A DNA stretch of 20,000 nt. Origin: an uncultured virus (IMG/VR IMGVR_UViG_3300042868_010802). Lineage: Duplodnaviria > Heunggongvirae > Uroviricota > Caudoviricetes. This document shows, piece by piece, positions 8,742 to 16,633 of the stretch. Made by a program: the position numbers and the translations under genes. The notes under the pieces are model-generated. The model searched no databases. It worked only from the letters and a program-made list of their open reading frames with translations, and had not been told where the DNA came from. The DNA lies in the IMG/VR virus record IMGVR_UViG_3300042868_010802, one strand, 5' to 3'. Numbering within the stretch: the first letter of the stretch is position 1; the number at the start of each line of letters is the position of its first letter.

Positions 8742-8770
8742 AGTGTAAGGTATTTTTAATGCGGTGTCAA
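8742..8770 (-). promoter_or_regulatory. sigma70-type promoter for the DUF3307 gene
   Basis: TTGACA (8770-8765), 17 nt, TACACT (8747-8742). Confidence 0.72.
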
Positions 8771-8901
8771 AAGATGTTTTGCCGTTTGACCCTACATAGC
8801 ATAATGTTTTTAAAGTTGTCGCCGTTGCCTACGACAAAATAAGGCCAGTAATACAACACTATCATTTGACGCATATATTCATTCATCAATTGATCAATCA
8901 T
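8767..8901 (-). CDS. 44-aa ORF translationally coupled to the cyclase (missing from the ORF track)
   Basis: ATGA overlap with the cyclase stop. MIDQLMNEYMRQMIVLYYWPYFVVGNGDNFKNIMLCRVKRQNIF. Confidence 0.5.
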   Translation of the reverse strand: MIDQLMNEYMRQMIVLYYWPYFVVGNGDNFKNIMLCRVKRQNIF

Positions 8902-10964
8902 TTTGAAGTAGCCCGGTAGGTACCGTCCCAATCTGCAGGAAGATCTCTAGTACGCATCTCAGCAATTCGCTCTTGCCATAGTGTATAATAGTCATCCATT
9001 TTACCGTCAAATTCGCCCTTTAATTCTTCGCAGAACAGTGCTGCACGATCCCACTGCTGTTCACGATAGTACTGCAACATTAGTTCATGATGCTCTCTTG
9101 CACTGATCCAGTCTGCTGCCACAGTGGCATCTGGATTATAGAACACTGTGAAGATATTGACACCAATGGTCTTACCTTTAACTGCAATACAATCCAATGG
9201 AATAGTAAAGTAGTTGTCACCTACACGAGCATTGGTAAACTCACTGATAATAATCAACACACCGTAGTTTTTGGTCTGTCCTTCTAGACGAGCTGTCAAG
9301 CTGACTGAGTCACCTAGTACATCATAACCAAAGCGGTCCTTACTGCCAATGTTACCAATTAGTGTAGGGCCTGTGTTAATACCTAACCCGCAACCTACTA
9401 AGGGTTTGCCTTCTTTTGTAAGTTCGATGTTAAACAGTTCAACAGCATGTAACATTTCAAGACCTGTACGAACAGCGGCCAACACGTGGTCAGGATCTTG
9501 CTCTTCTTGAATTGGAGCACCGTGAACGTGTAATGAAGCATCACCAATAAACTTGATCAAGCATCCGTTGTTGCGTAGGATAGGCTCAGCAATAGCAGTC
9601 ATGTAACGGTTCATGGTGTTGGTAAATGCCACAACGTCATCACCATAGGTTTCACCTAGGCCTGTAAAGTTACGCATGTCACTCATAATGATTGACAAGT
9701 CTTTCTTCTCGCCTCCTAGTTTAATAAAGCTGGGATCCTTTTGTAGTCGTTCAACAATAACAGGATTAACATATGATCCAAACTGTTTCTTGATAGCAGA
9801 CTTTTGTAAGAACTCACTTACAAACTTGACGCCATAGGCATGCAAAGCGACCAAAGTTGTGCCAACTGCAAAGGCAGTAATATCGAATAAGAATAAAAGA
9901 TGGCTGTAAGCATAAATGCTGCCAGCAATGCCACCACCGACCAACACAACCACTGCGGCAAGCCCAACATAAGTCCACCTTGTTAAAAATAATAATAGTA
10001 AGCCTGCTAATAAAATAGCTATTGTTTCTAAGTCATCTGCATAGCCAGGTCGCTGTATATTTGACTTGTTTATCATAGTGCCCAGTACTGCACCTTGCAA
10101 ATAATGCGGCCAAACTTCTCCACGTGCAGTTGCAATTGGGTTAGCAAGACCCGCAGCACTAAGACCTACAACAACAATTTCATTGTTGAAGCTTTTGGGA
10201 AGACCCACCAGGCTGTGTTCTTTGGGAGCGGCACGCCAGTCTATCCAAACTCTACCAATGTCGTCGGTTGTAATTTTTCCAAATTTTGGAACTCTGAGTG
10301 CTTCAACGCCAGCGTTGCCAATTTTGATTTGAAAGCTGGGATCGTTGGCAGCTACACGCAATGTCTCCAAGGCCAAGCCAGGATGTAATTTTTCGTTACT
10401 GTATATCACCAGAGGCATACGACGGACAACCCCATCAATTTCTGGAAAAGTATTTACAACGCCAACTCCTGCGGCATTGTTATTGAGTAGCCCTACACTG
10501 CTTATTATGCCTGGGTACTCTACAACTAGGCCAGCGGGATCAGTTCCTATCACGCTGACACCCGGGGCACGTGGTGTATTTTTGTCTTGTGTATGTCCCA
10601 ATGCTGGTAACACCACAGGATACTGTTTTAGAATCTGTGCCAAGGCACCATCTTGCCTAAACCTGTCAGACTCCGGCATCAGTATGTTGAATACCACTAG
10701 TCCTGCATCTCTTTCATATAATGAATGTATTATGTTTGCATAAATGTCTCTAGGAAACGGAAATTGTCCATACTTGTTCAAAGATTCTTCGTCGATGTTT
10801 ACAGTGTGTACCGGAACCGTTGCTGCTGGTTGACCAGTGATCAATTGATCAAAATAACGCAATCGAACAGATTCGACAAAACTGGGATCAAAGAATCGGA
10901 GCAGTATCACAATGCTCAATGTGAGCAATGCAGTCCAAGGTGATAATAATATTTTTTTCATCAT
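8898..10964 (-). CDS. CHASE2-domain class III adenylate/guanylate cyclase (adenylyl-type specificity residues)
   Basis: 688 aa. N-terminal TM, CHASE2 (VNIDEESLNKYGQFPFPR, EIDGVVRRMPL), three TM helices, and a cyclase domain with SDMRNFT, IKFIGDA, GLGINTG, GNIGS and YDVLGDSVSLTARLEG. The start may be the second ATG (10961). Confidence 0.95.
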   Translation of the reverse strand: MMKKILLSPWTALLTLSIVILLRFFDPSFVESVRLRYFDQLITGQPAATVPVHTVNIDEESLNKYGQFPFPRDIYANIIHSLYERDAGLVVFNILMPESDRFRQDGALAQILKQYPVVLPALGHTQDKNTPRAPGVSVIGTDPAGLVVEYPGIISSVGLLNNNAAGVGVVNTFPEIDGVVRRMPLVIYSNEKLHPGLALETLRVAANDPSFQIKIGNAGVEALRVPKFGKITTDDIGRVWIDWRAAPKEHSLVGLPKSFNNEIVVVGLSAAGLANPIATARGEVWPHYLQGAVLGTMINKSNIQRPGYADDLETIAILLAGLLLLFLTRWTYVGLAAVVVLVGGGIAGSIYAYSHLLFLFDITAFAVGTTLVALHAYGVKFVSEFLQKSAIKKQFGSYVNPVIVERLQKDPSFIKLGGEKKDLSIIMSDMRNFTGLGETYGDDVVAFTNTMNRYMTAIAEPILRNNGCLIKFIGDASLHVHGAPIQEEQDPDHVLAAVRTGLEMLHAVELFNIELTKEGKPLVGCGLGINTGPTLIGNIGSKDRFGYDVLGDSVSLTARLEGQTKNYGVLIIISEFTNARVGDNYFTIPLDCIAVKGKTIGVNIFTVFYNPDATVAADWISAREHHELMLQYYREQQWDRAALFCEELKGEFDGKMDDYYTLWQERIAEMRTRDLPADWDGTYRATSK

Positions 10965-10971
10965 CTATTTA

Positions 10972-11265
10972 TTAAGTTTTCGAGCCCAAGAATATCTGCC
11001 TGTGATTTTCACCAGTGCCTAAAACACAGGCGATGTTATTATTAAATTGCACAATAGTCCAAGATTTAGTTTTTTCATTGGCTAGCAGTATGTAACGACT
11101 AGTTTCGTCATTGCCTGCCCAAAAAGGCTGTTCTCTATAACCGGCCCCACTCAGTGTTTCTATTACTATTTTTGGGGTATCGCAGATGACTGGTTTTTCT
11201 ACGGTTACGGGCTGTGCGTGGGCCAATGCGGGTAAGAGTAGAACACCTAAAATAAATTTGTGCAT
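10972..11265 (-). CDS. Small secreted protein with two cysteines
   Basis: 97 aa. Sec signal peptide (LPALAHA/Q), KPVIC...IACVLG and AGGAG SD. Confidence 0.8.
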   Translation of the reverse strand: MHKFILGVLLLPALAHAQPVTVEKPVICDTPKIVIETLSGAGYREQPFWAGNDETSRYILLANEKTKSWTIVQFNNNIACVLGTGENHRQIFLGSKT

Positions 11266-11283
11266 AGTGTTCTCCTAATGCTG

Positions 11284-11289
11284 TATTTA
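11284..11289 (-). promoter_or_regulatory. TAAATA late-promoter-like motif, internal to the curli module
   Basis: GTAAATAC in the 56-nt gap upstream of 11265. The same 8-mer occurs upstream of csgF. Confidence 0.5.
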
Positions 11290-11321
11290 CACCGTTCGCT
11301 ATTCTTAGCAATTACTTTGTA

Positions 11322-13160
11322 TCAAGGTGTGCCCTGTGTTACACTAACCGAACAGCCAGAAAGATTTGCACAACTTTGAGATATTGAATAAATTTGGGAA
11401 ACACTACCCTGTTGTAACAGTGTTATTGTACTAGGTCCTCCGGCATTTGTCAAGTTTATTGTTGCTTTTTGTGTTGCAGACCCAGTCTGTGTCACTGTTG
11501 CTCCGTTTCCATTTCCTGTCATGGTCAAATCCAAAAAGTGGTTACCTGTACCACTCTGAACAATGGTTTCGTTGGTGTTGTTGCCCGTGATACTGATAAA
11601 CGCCAGCTTTTCACCGTTATTACTCTGTGTGACTCTATGTGTGCCACCGTTGCCTTGCATGGTGTAGTTTAAGAAATGTCCGCTGGCAGCACCACCATCA
11701 TTGCCTTGACGGAACGTGTAAGTTCCCACATCACCAGTGATGGATACGCGAGAAACGTGTCCGCCACTTTCTTGTGCATCAACTGCACCTGTTGCAGTAT
11801 TTCTAGCTTGGCTCAGTGTAACCACATTGCCGTTTCCTTGCACAGATAATTCTATTAAATTTCTACCACTCAGTGTATCGCCTTGCTTGACGTCAACTGT
11901 GTTTGAAAAACCACCAATGTGTGCATTGGTATTGGCACCGCCCAGTCCTTGTATTCTATTATAACTGCCCACTTGTTCAATGGTTACCACAGCACCAGGG
12001 CCCTGAACATTTAGGTCTATTCTGTTACCTACACTGATGGCATTGCGTCTTGCTCTAGCAACATCTAATAAGGCTTGTTGAGTTGTTGTAATGTTGCTGC
12101 TAAAACAATCGCTACAAACACTGCCTGCTTGACCCGGGTTAGCTGGAGTAGCCCCAGGTGCTTGATCCGTGCTGGTCACTCCATCGTTCAAATCATAGTA
12201 GTATGTAACTTCAGCAATCTGCATCGAATCGCAGTTCAACCCGCAACCATCGCCCGATTTGGTTGTAGGGAACAATATAAAGTAATAGACATAGGCAGTG
12301 GTATTGCCTGTTGCTATTTCAGGACTAGTCCAGAATCTTGACTCACTTAGGCTCAAACTGTCTTGTTTGATCAAAGTCCAGTTAACACCGTCGTTTGATC
12401 CGTAGAGTTTATAACTAGTAGGATCACGACCGCTAAAATCATTGGCTGTAGTGATAGTGAATTTTTGAACCACCCGACCTTGACTTAGTCTTACAGTAAC
12501 ACCTGCGTTCTTTTTGTCAAAGTTCAAATACTTGGTATTGGTGTTGCCGTCAAATGCCTGTGTGGCACCTTCACCTGGGGGACTGTTGTTACTGGTAGGA
12601 AATATGTTGCTGATAACAACCGGAGTGCTGTTGGTTCTAATCATTTTCCAATCAGATGGCGGAGGACCTGCTGGAGCCGCAGTCTGCCCTGCTGCCAACG
12701 GTGTTGAACTAGCATAGGTATAGTTGTTTAAATCACTAGCAGTAACGCTAGTATCCATGTTGGTAAACTGAGCACTAGCACCGTAGTTGTAACCTTGTTG
12801 AGTAGTGATTACATTACCAAAAAATCCCGAACCAATGTAGAAAATAGCACCACTACCTAAAGCTGTAATATCACCGTGATCGTGTACAATACTGTGCGGT
12901 GTGCCATTACTGTTCATTAACTTTAACCCATACTTTCCTGGATTAGTAGTACTGGCGAAGAACTGAAAATACTGTCCTGCTGTAGTTGTAACAGTTTGAA
13001 AGTTTTTGTTATAAGGAGCAATGAAATTGCTGGCGTTTAGTGTATTACCATTCCAACTGTATTGTACATCAAAAATTTGATTGATACCAAACTTGCCGTC
13101 AGTAATAGCAGCAAATGCGTTTGAGCACAACAACAATAAAGCAAAGAATAACGTTTTCAT
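11322..13160 (-). CDS. Secreted curlin-repeat protein fused to a discoidin/F5-8 type C (galactose-binding-like) domain; CsgB-like
   Basis: 612 aa. Signal peptide (SNAFA/A), central AFDGNTNTKY...TITTANDFSGRDPTSYKLYGSNDGVNWT...MQIAEV discoidin-like domain, and C-terminal Q-x-G-x-x-N curlin-like repeats. ATGA overlap with the fecR-like gene. Confidence 0.8.
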   Translation of the reverse strand: MKTLFFALLLLCSNAFAAITDGKFGINQIFDVQYSWNGNTLNASNFIAPYNKNFQTVTTTAGQYFQFFASTTNPGKYGLKLMNSNGTPHSIVHDHGDITALGSGAIFYIGSGFFGNVITTQQGYNYGASAQFTNMDTSVTASDLNNYTYASSTPLAAGQTAAPAGPPPSDWKMIRTNSTPVVISNIFPTSNNSPPGEGATQAFDGNTNTKYLNFDKKNAGVTVRLSQGRVVQKFTITTANDFSGRDPTSYKLYGSNDGVNWTLIKQDSLSLSESRFWTSPEIATGNTTAYVYYFILFPTTKSGDGCGLNCDSMQIAEVTYYYDLNDGVTSTDQAPGATPANPGQAGSVCSDCFSSNITTTQQALLDVARARRNAISVGNRIDLNVQGPGAVVTIEQVGSYNRIQGLGGANTNAHIGGFSNTVDVKQGDTLSGRNLIELSVQGNGNVVTLSQARNTATGAVDAQESGGHVSRVSITGDVGTYTFRQGNDGGAASGHFLNYTMQGNGGTHRVTQSNNGEKLAFISITGNNTNETIVQSGTGNHFLDLTMTGNGNGATVTQTGSATQKATINLTNAGGPSTITLLQQGSVSQIYSISQSCANLSGCSVSVTQGTP

Positions 13161-14326
13161 CTGAAGTTCTGATTGATGACAATCTGTCCTTGTGGTTTGC
13201 CTGCTGAAAAATTCCAGCTGCTGGTCTGCATGTCTTGGGTCACAACAACCAGTGCTTGTGTGTTCAATGGCATGATCACGCTGGCATAGTTACGGCTGTT
13301 GGGACTCAGACTTTCATACATCCAACCAACCTGTTGTGTTTCACTTTTATCTTTGAACAGTTTCTTGACATAGGGATTGTCTGTTTCGCCTACTGCTGCT
13401 ACATCATTGGCTAACGAATTTTTGTTTGTCTTTGCATCAACTCCTACCTTGGTTCCGTTGGCAGCTTCGTCGTCACCTTCATTGGCACTTCGTCTTTGTC
13501 TTTGGGACCTATTACTCTCACCTTCTTGCTTGCCTGCTACATGTTGCTTTTCTTGATCTTTAGCATCGTCTTTTTCGTCTCGTTTATCTTTATTATCATC
13601 TTTCTTAGCATCACCTGTAGCTACTGCGGCAGCACGAGCAGCAGCTATTACATTTACACCGGTAGTTGTTTGAGGTGGACTAACCATTAGATTATTTCCA
13701 ATGGCCATGCCATTAAGAGCGACAATGACAGCAGGACTTGGAACACCGTTTAGTGTTTCAACCAGGGTGGCTTGATAAGGTCGAGTCAATTGAACTATGC
13801 CAGAGGGTGTTTCTACATCAATGGCACCGCTACCGCAACTTAGACCTTTTAGGTTTACGTTCTGTTCTAGTTCGCAAGTGGGCATCAGCATGATCATACT
13901 GGCACCTGTTTCACTAACAGCCATGACAAAGTCTGTGCCACGAACAGCAATTGCTGCTGTGGGTGTGTTGATTTTTACATTTTTGGGATCTCGGGCAATC
14001 GCGCCCGATACATAACGCACGGTGCCAGCGGCTGCTTTGAGTCCTAACTTGCCAACACCGCTTTTGGGATCATATACAAAATCATCGATAATAAGACTAC
14101 TCGACTCAGTAACAGTGACATTTGTAGCATCTTTAAAAACAATCTTAACCCGACCGTTTTTAGTTTCAACTCGATCATTGGTTTTGATTTCAGTGCCTTT
14201 GGCAATTTGAATAGTATCCTTACCGCGTTTGATAATGGCCGTGCCCGTAGATTCAGTAACACTACCGATATCTGCCCATGCTGATGTAGCCAGCAGCAGG
14301 CCCGCGATAAGAGCAGCAACTCTCAT
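13157..14326 (-). CDS. Periplasmic FecR-domain protein
   Basis: 389 aa. Signal peptide (SAWA/D), NDRVETKNGRVKIVFKD...INTPTAAIAVRGTDF FecR signature, charged low-complexity linker and AAGGAG SD. Confidence 0.88.
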   Translation of the reverse strand: MRVAALIAGLLLATSAWADIGSVTESTGTAIIKRGKDTIQIAKGTEIKTNDRVETKNGRVKIVFKDATNVTVTESSSLIIDDFVYDPKSGVGKLGLKAAAGTVRYVSGAIARDPKNVKINTPTAAIAVRGTDFVMAVSETGASMIMLMPTCELEQNVNLKGLSCGSGAIDVETPSGIVQLTRPYQATLVETLNGVPSPAVIVALNGMAIGNNLMVSPPQTTTGVNVIAAARAAAVATGDAKKDDNKDKRDEKDDAKDQEKQHVAGKQEGESNRSQRQRRSANEGDDEAANGTKVGVDAKTNKNSLANDVAAVGETDNPYVKKLFKDKSETQQVGWMYESLSPNSRNYASVIMPLNTQALVVVTQDMQTSSWNFSAGKPQGQIVINQNFR

Positions 14327-14335
14327 TGCTGCTCC

Positions 14336-15122
14336 TTAGTTCTTCTGCGTGATATTGAATGTACCGCTGTTGCTTACACTCTTGATATTGATAACGTTGT
14401 CAATTGTTCCGGTTTGGCTCATAGTTAAACTATTGCCGTTACCAGCCAAGTCAACCCAGATAGTGGATCCAGCAGCACCGGTACTACGTTGATTGATGTT
14501 GAATGTGTTAGTATCACCAACTACCTTGATAGTTTGTGTATGCTTGTCACCAATAGCATCAATACGGAATACGTTGCTGTCACCTGATACATCGATAGCA
14601 CTCTTCAAGTCAGTGCCTGTACCACGGAACTGTAGGTCGTTACTGTCGCCAGTGAACTTCCAATTAATATCTGCAGCATTGGCTGCTGTTAATGTCGGAG
14701 TGCCGGTTGAAGCATTGCCGTATCCTAATGCTGCATCAACTTTGTTATTATCACCGATGTTGAATGGTGATGTTTACACCTTTACCACTACCTGTAGTGT
14801 CGTTCGATGCCTCTAACATAATTTCATTGCCTACGCCAATTTGACGAGTGACAACTGTTTGATCAATACCACGTAGGTATACTGGACGAGTAGTTGAACC
14901 AGCTTTATTACCAGTACCATCTTGTGTCATATTGACATTAGGATTGTCACCGCTTTGATCGATGAAGATACGGTTGGTTGTGGCAATGGCCAGGGCGGCT
15001 GTTGCATTTGGGCTAACTGTAGCCATTGTAGGTATTGTTGGTGCAGCAGGTGCTGACACAGCAGTTTGTGCAAAAGCCGGTAGTGTTGCGGCTAATACAA
15101 TTGCTAATATTGTTTTTTTCAT
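14336..15122 (-). pseudogene. Curlin-like major subunit (CsgA-like), split by a frameshift at about 14759 (real lesion, recoding or assembly error)
   Basis: The 5' frame encodes a signal peptide and repeats (NRIFIDQSGDNPNVNMTQDGTGN) up to NITIQ. After one extra base the +1 frame continues IGDNNKVDAALG...FTGDSNDLQFRGTG...SQTGTIDNVINIK...NITQKN to the stop at 14336. The joined product is about 261 aa. Confidence 0.8.
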
Positions 15123-15153
15123 TTTGTTTGCTCCGGTATATTAACCAGTATCC

Positions 15154-16116
15154 TTATTTTGTTGTTTGGATCCTGTTGCCTGATCCGTCGGTAGCATTCC
15201 AACTACCCGCTTCTTTGTTTCCTCCAACAACCTTTCCGTTGCTGGACTGTACTGATGGTGTGGAAGGTGCTTGGGCGGTTCCTTCACGTGAGGTTTCCTT
15301 TTGAACCAACTCATTGGGTTTCTCCTTGAATTTCCACAAGTTTTGACGTTCACCTTTGTTGATCAATTCTATGACTGCGGTTTCAATAGCTGAACGCAGT
15401 GCATAGTTACCTGGCTCATTAAATGTCTGGCTACTGTCAAATTCAAATGCTCGTGTCGCCTGGTTGAAAAACTTCAACGCTGTAGTGCCATCGGCAGTGC
15501 TGAGCAAGTTTTTTTCCACGGTCACCGTGGTCAATACTTCCCCATTTTGCACACTTACCAGGCGTAAGCTGATAACCACAATGTCTTGGGTATAGGCAGT
15601 TTGTGCGCCAATACCCAACCAACGTGCTCCAGTACCGCCTGTCAATGTGTTGCTGTTGTAGTCAATGATGCCGCCTTCTAGTATAACGCCGGCCATTTGC
15701 AATGGCGGTAGCATCTTGGCGTTAGCACCGTCATAGATCTCACGTGTCTGTTTGATCATCTGACGCTCTTTTAACAAGTTGTCAAGGCCAACACGTTCAA
15801 CAACTGTGAACCATTGACGATTGCCAACTTCTTGTAGACTTTTCATCAAGTATGCTTCAGCGCCTTGTGTGACTGCGGTGCTAAACAAACTCAATGTGCT
15901 ACTTGGCTTGCGCTGTCCTGTTAGGTCTTTGAATCCATATACAGCCACTGTCACTGCCGGACCAGCCGGACTAGGCACGTTAGCAAAACTTTTGTTGATT
16001 GTTTCACTAACTCGAGCTTCTTCTTTGATCTGTGCATCACCCCATGGACGTACTGTTGAACAGCCAGCCAGTGTTGCAATTGCTAAAGTGATTAAGGATA
16101 GTTTGATTATTTTCAT
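15154..16116 (-). CDS. csgG: Curli secretion channel lipoprotein CsgG
   Basis: 320 aa. Lipobox LAGC, VAVYGFKDLTGQRK, FSTAVTQGA, WFTVVERVGLDNLLKERQMI, ILEGGIIDYNSN...GG.GARWLGIG and LRLVSVQNGEVL. Confidence 0.95.
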   Translation of the reverse strand: MKIIKLSLITLAIATLAGCSTVRPWGDAQIKEEARVSETINKSFANVPSPAGPAVTVAVYGFKDLTGQRKPSSTLSLFSTAVTQGAEAYLMKSLQEVGNRQWFTVVERVGLDNLLKERQMIKQTREIYDGANAKMLPPLQMAGVILEGGIIDYNSNTLTGGTGARWLGIGAQTAYTQDIVVISLRLVSVQNGEVLTTVTVEKNLLSTADGTTALKFFNQATRAFEFDSSQTFNEPGNYALRSAIETAVIELINKGERQNLWKFKEKPNELVQKETSREGTAQAPSTPSVQSSNGKVVGGNKEAGSWNATDGSGNRIQTTK

Positions 16117-16125
16117 TTTTACTCC

Positions 16126-16599
16126 TTAAAAACTAAAACTGGCAATTGGAACAACTACAGTAGTTACAGTGCCTTTGGCATCTACCACTGTTAGTGTAAC
16201 CTTGTCGTTAGCTTTTGCCCAAGTAACTGTGTTGCCGTCTAGAGCAAAAGTGCCTGTTGTTGGATTCACACAACCCGGGATTGCTGTGCCATCTGCAGCA
16301 GCACATCGGTTGGTAAACAAGTTGTTGCTCAATTGTGTTGCCAACTGTGCATAAATTTGACTTTGAAACAGGCCCATGAATCTATTCAATGGTGTGTTTA
16401 GCAGGTCTGCTTCTGCTCGGGCAATAGCTGCCTTCTTGTCTGCTGCAATAGCATCACGACGGCTCTTTTCGATACTGTCGATGGTCAGCACGTGACTACT
16501 GAATCCAATGCCGCTAAAAGCAGGATTCTTAAATTGGTGTACTAGTTCTGCAGATGCTATAACTGGTACAAATAATAAACTTACTATGATATTTCTCAC
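16126..16599 (-). CDS. csgF: Curli assembly component CsgF
   Basis: 157 aa with GTG start and GGAGG SD. Signal peptide followed by ELVHQFKNPAFSG (CsgF NPxFxG N-terminus), FQSQIYAQLA and a C-terminal TTVVVP. Directly upstream of csgG. Confidence 0.88.
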   Translation of the reverse strand: MRNIIVSLLFVPVIASAELVHQFKNPAFSGIGFSSHVLTIDSIEKSRRDAIAADKKAAIARAEADLLNTPLNRFMGLFQSQIYAQLATQLSNNLFTNRCAAADGTAIPGCVNPTTGTFALDGNTVTWAKANDKVTLTVVDAKGTVTTVVVPIASFSF

Positions 16600-16611
16600 A
16601 GTTCCTCCTGT

Positions 16612-16626
16612 ATAGGTTATACCTAT
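16612..16626. repeat. Inverted repeat in the csgF leader
   Basis: ATAGGT-TAT-ACCTAT between the TAAATA motif and the SD. Confidence 0.55.
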
Positions 16627-16633
16627 GTATAAG

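Noticed and set aside
8898..9720. Cyclase as a Pycsar/CBASS-type defence enzyme
   Set aside because: The CHASE2-TM architecture and Lys/Asp adenine-specifying residues fit a sensory adenylyl cyclase, and there is no adjacent cNMP-binding effector.
14336..14608. 90-aa ORF as an independent gene
   Set aside because: TTG start with no SD and no signal peptide. Its frame is open up to 14773 and continues the upstream curlin repeats.
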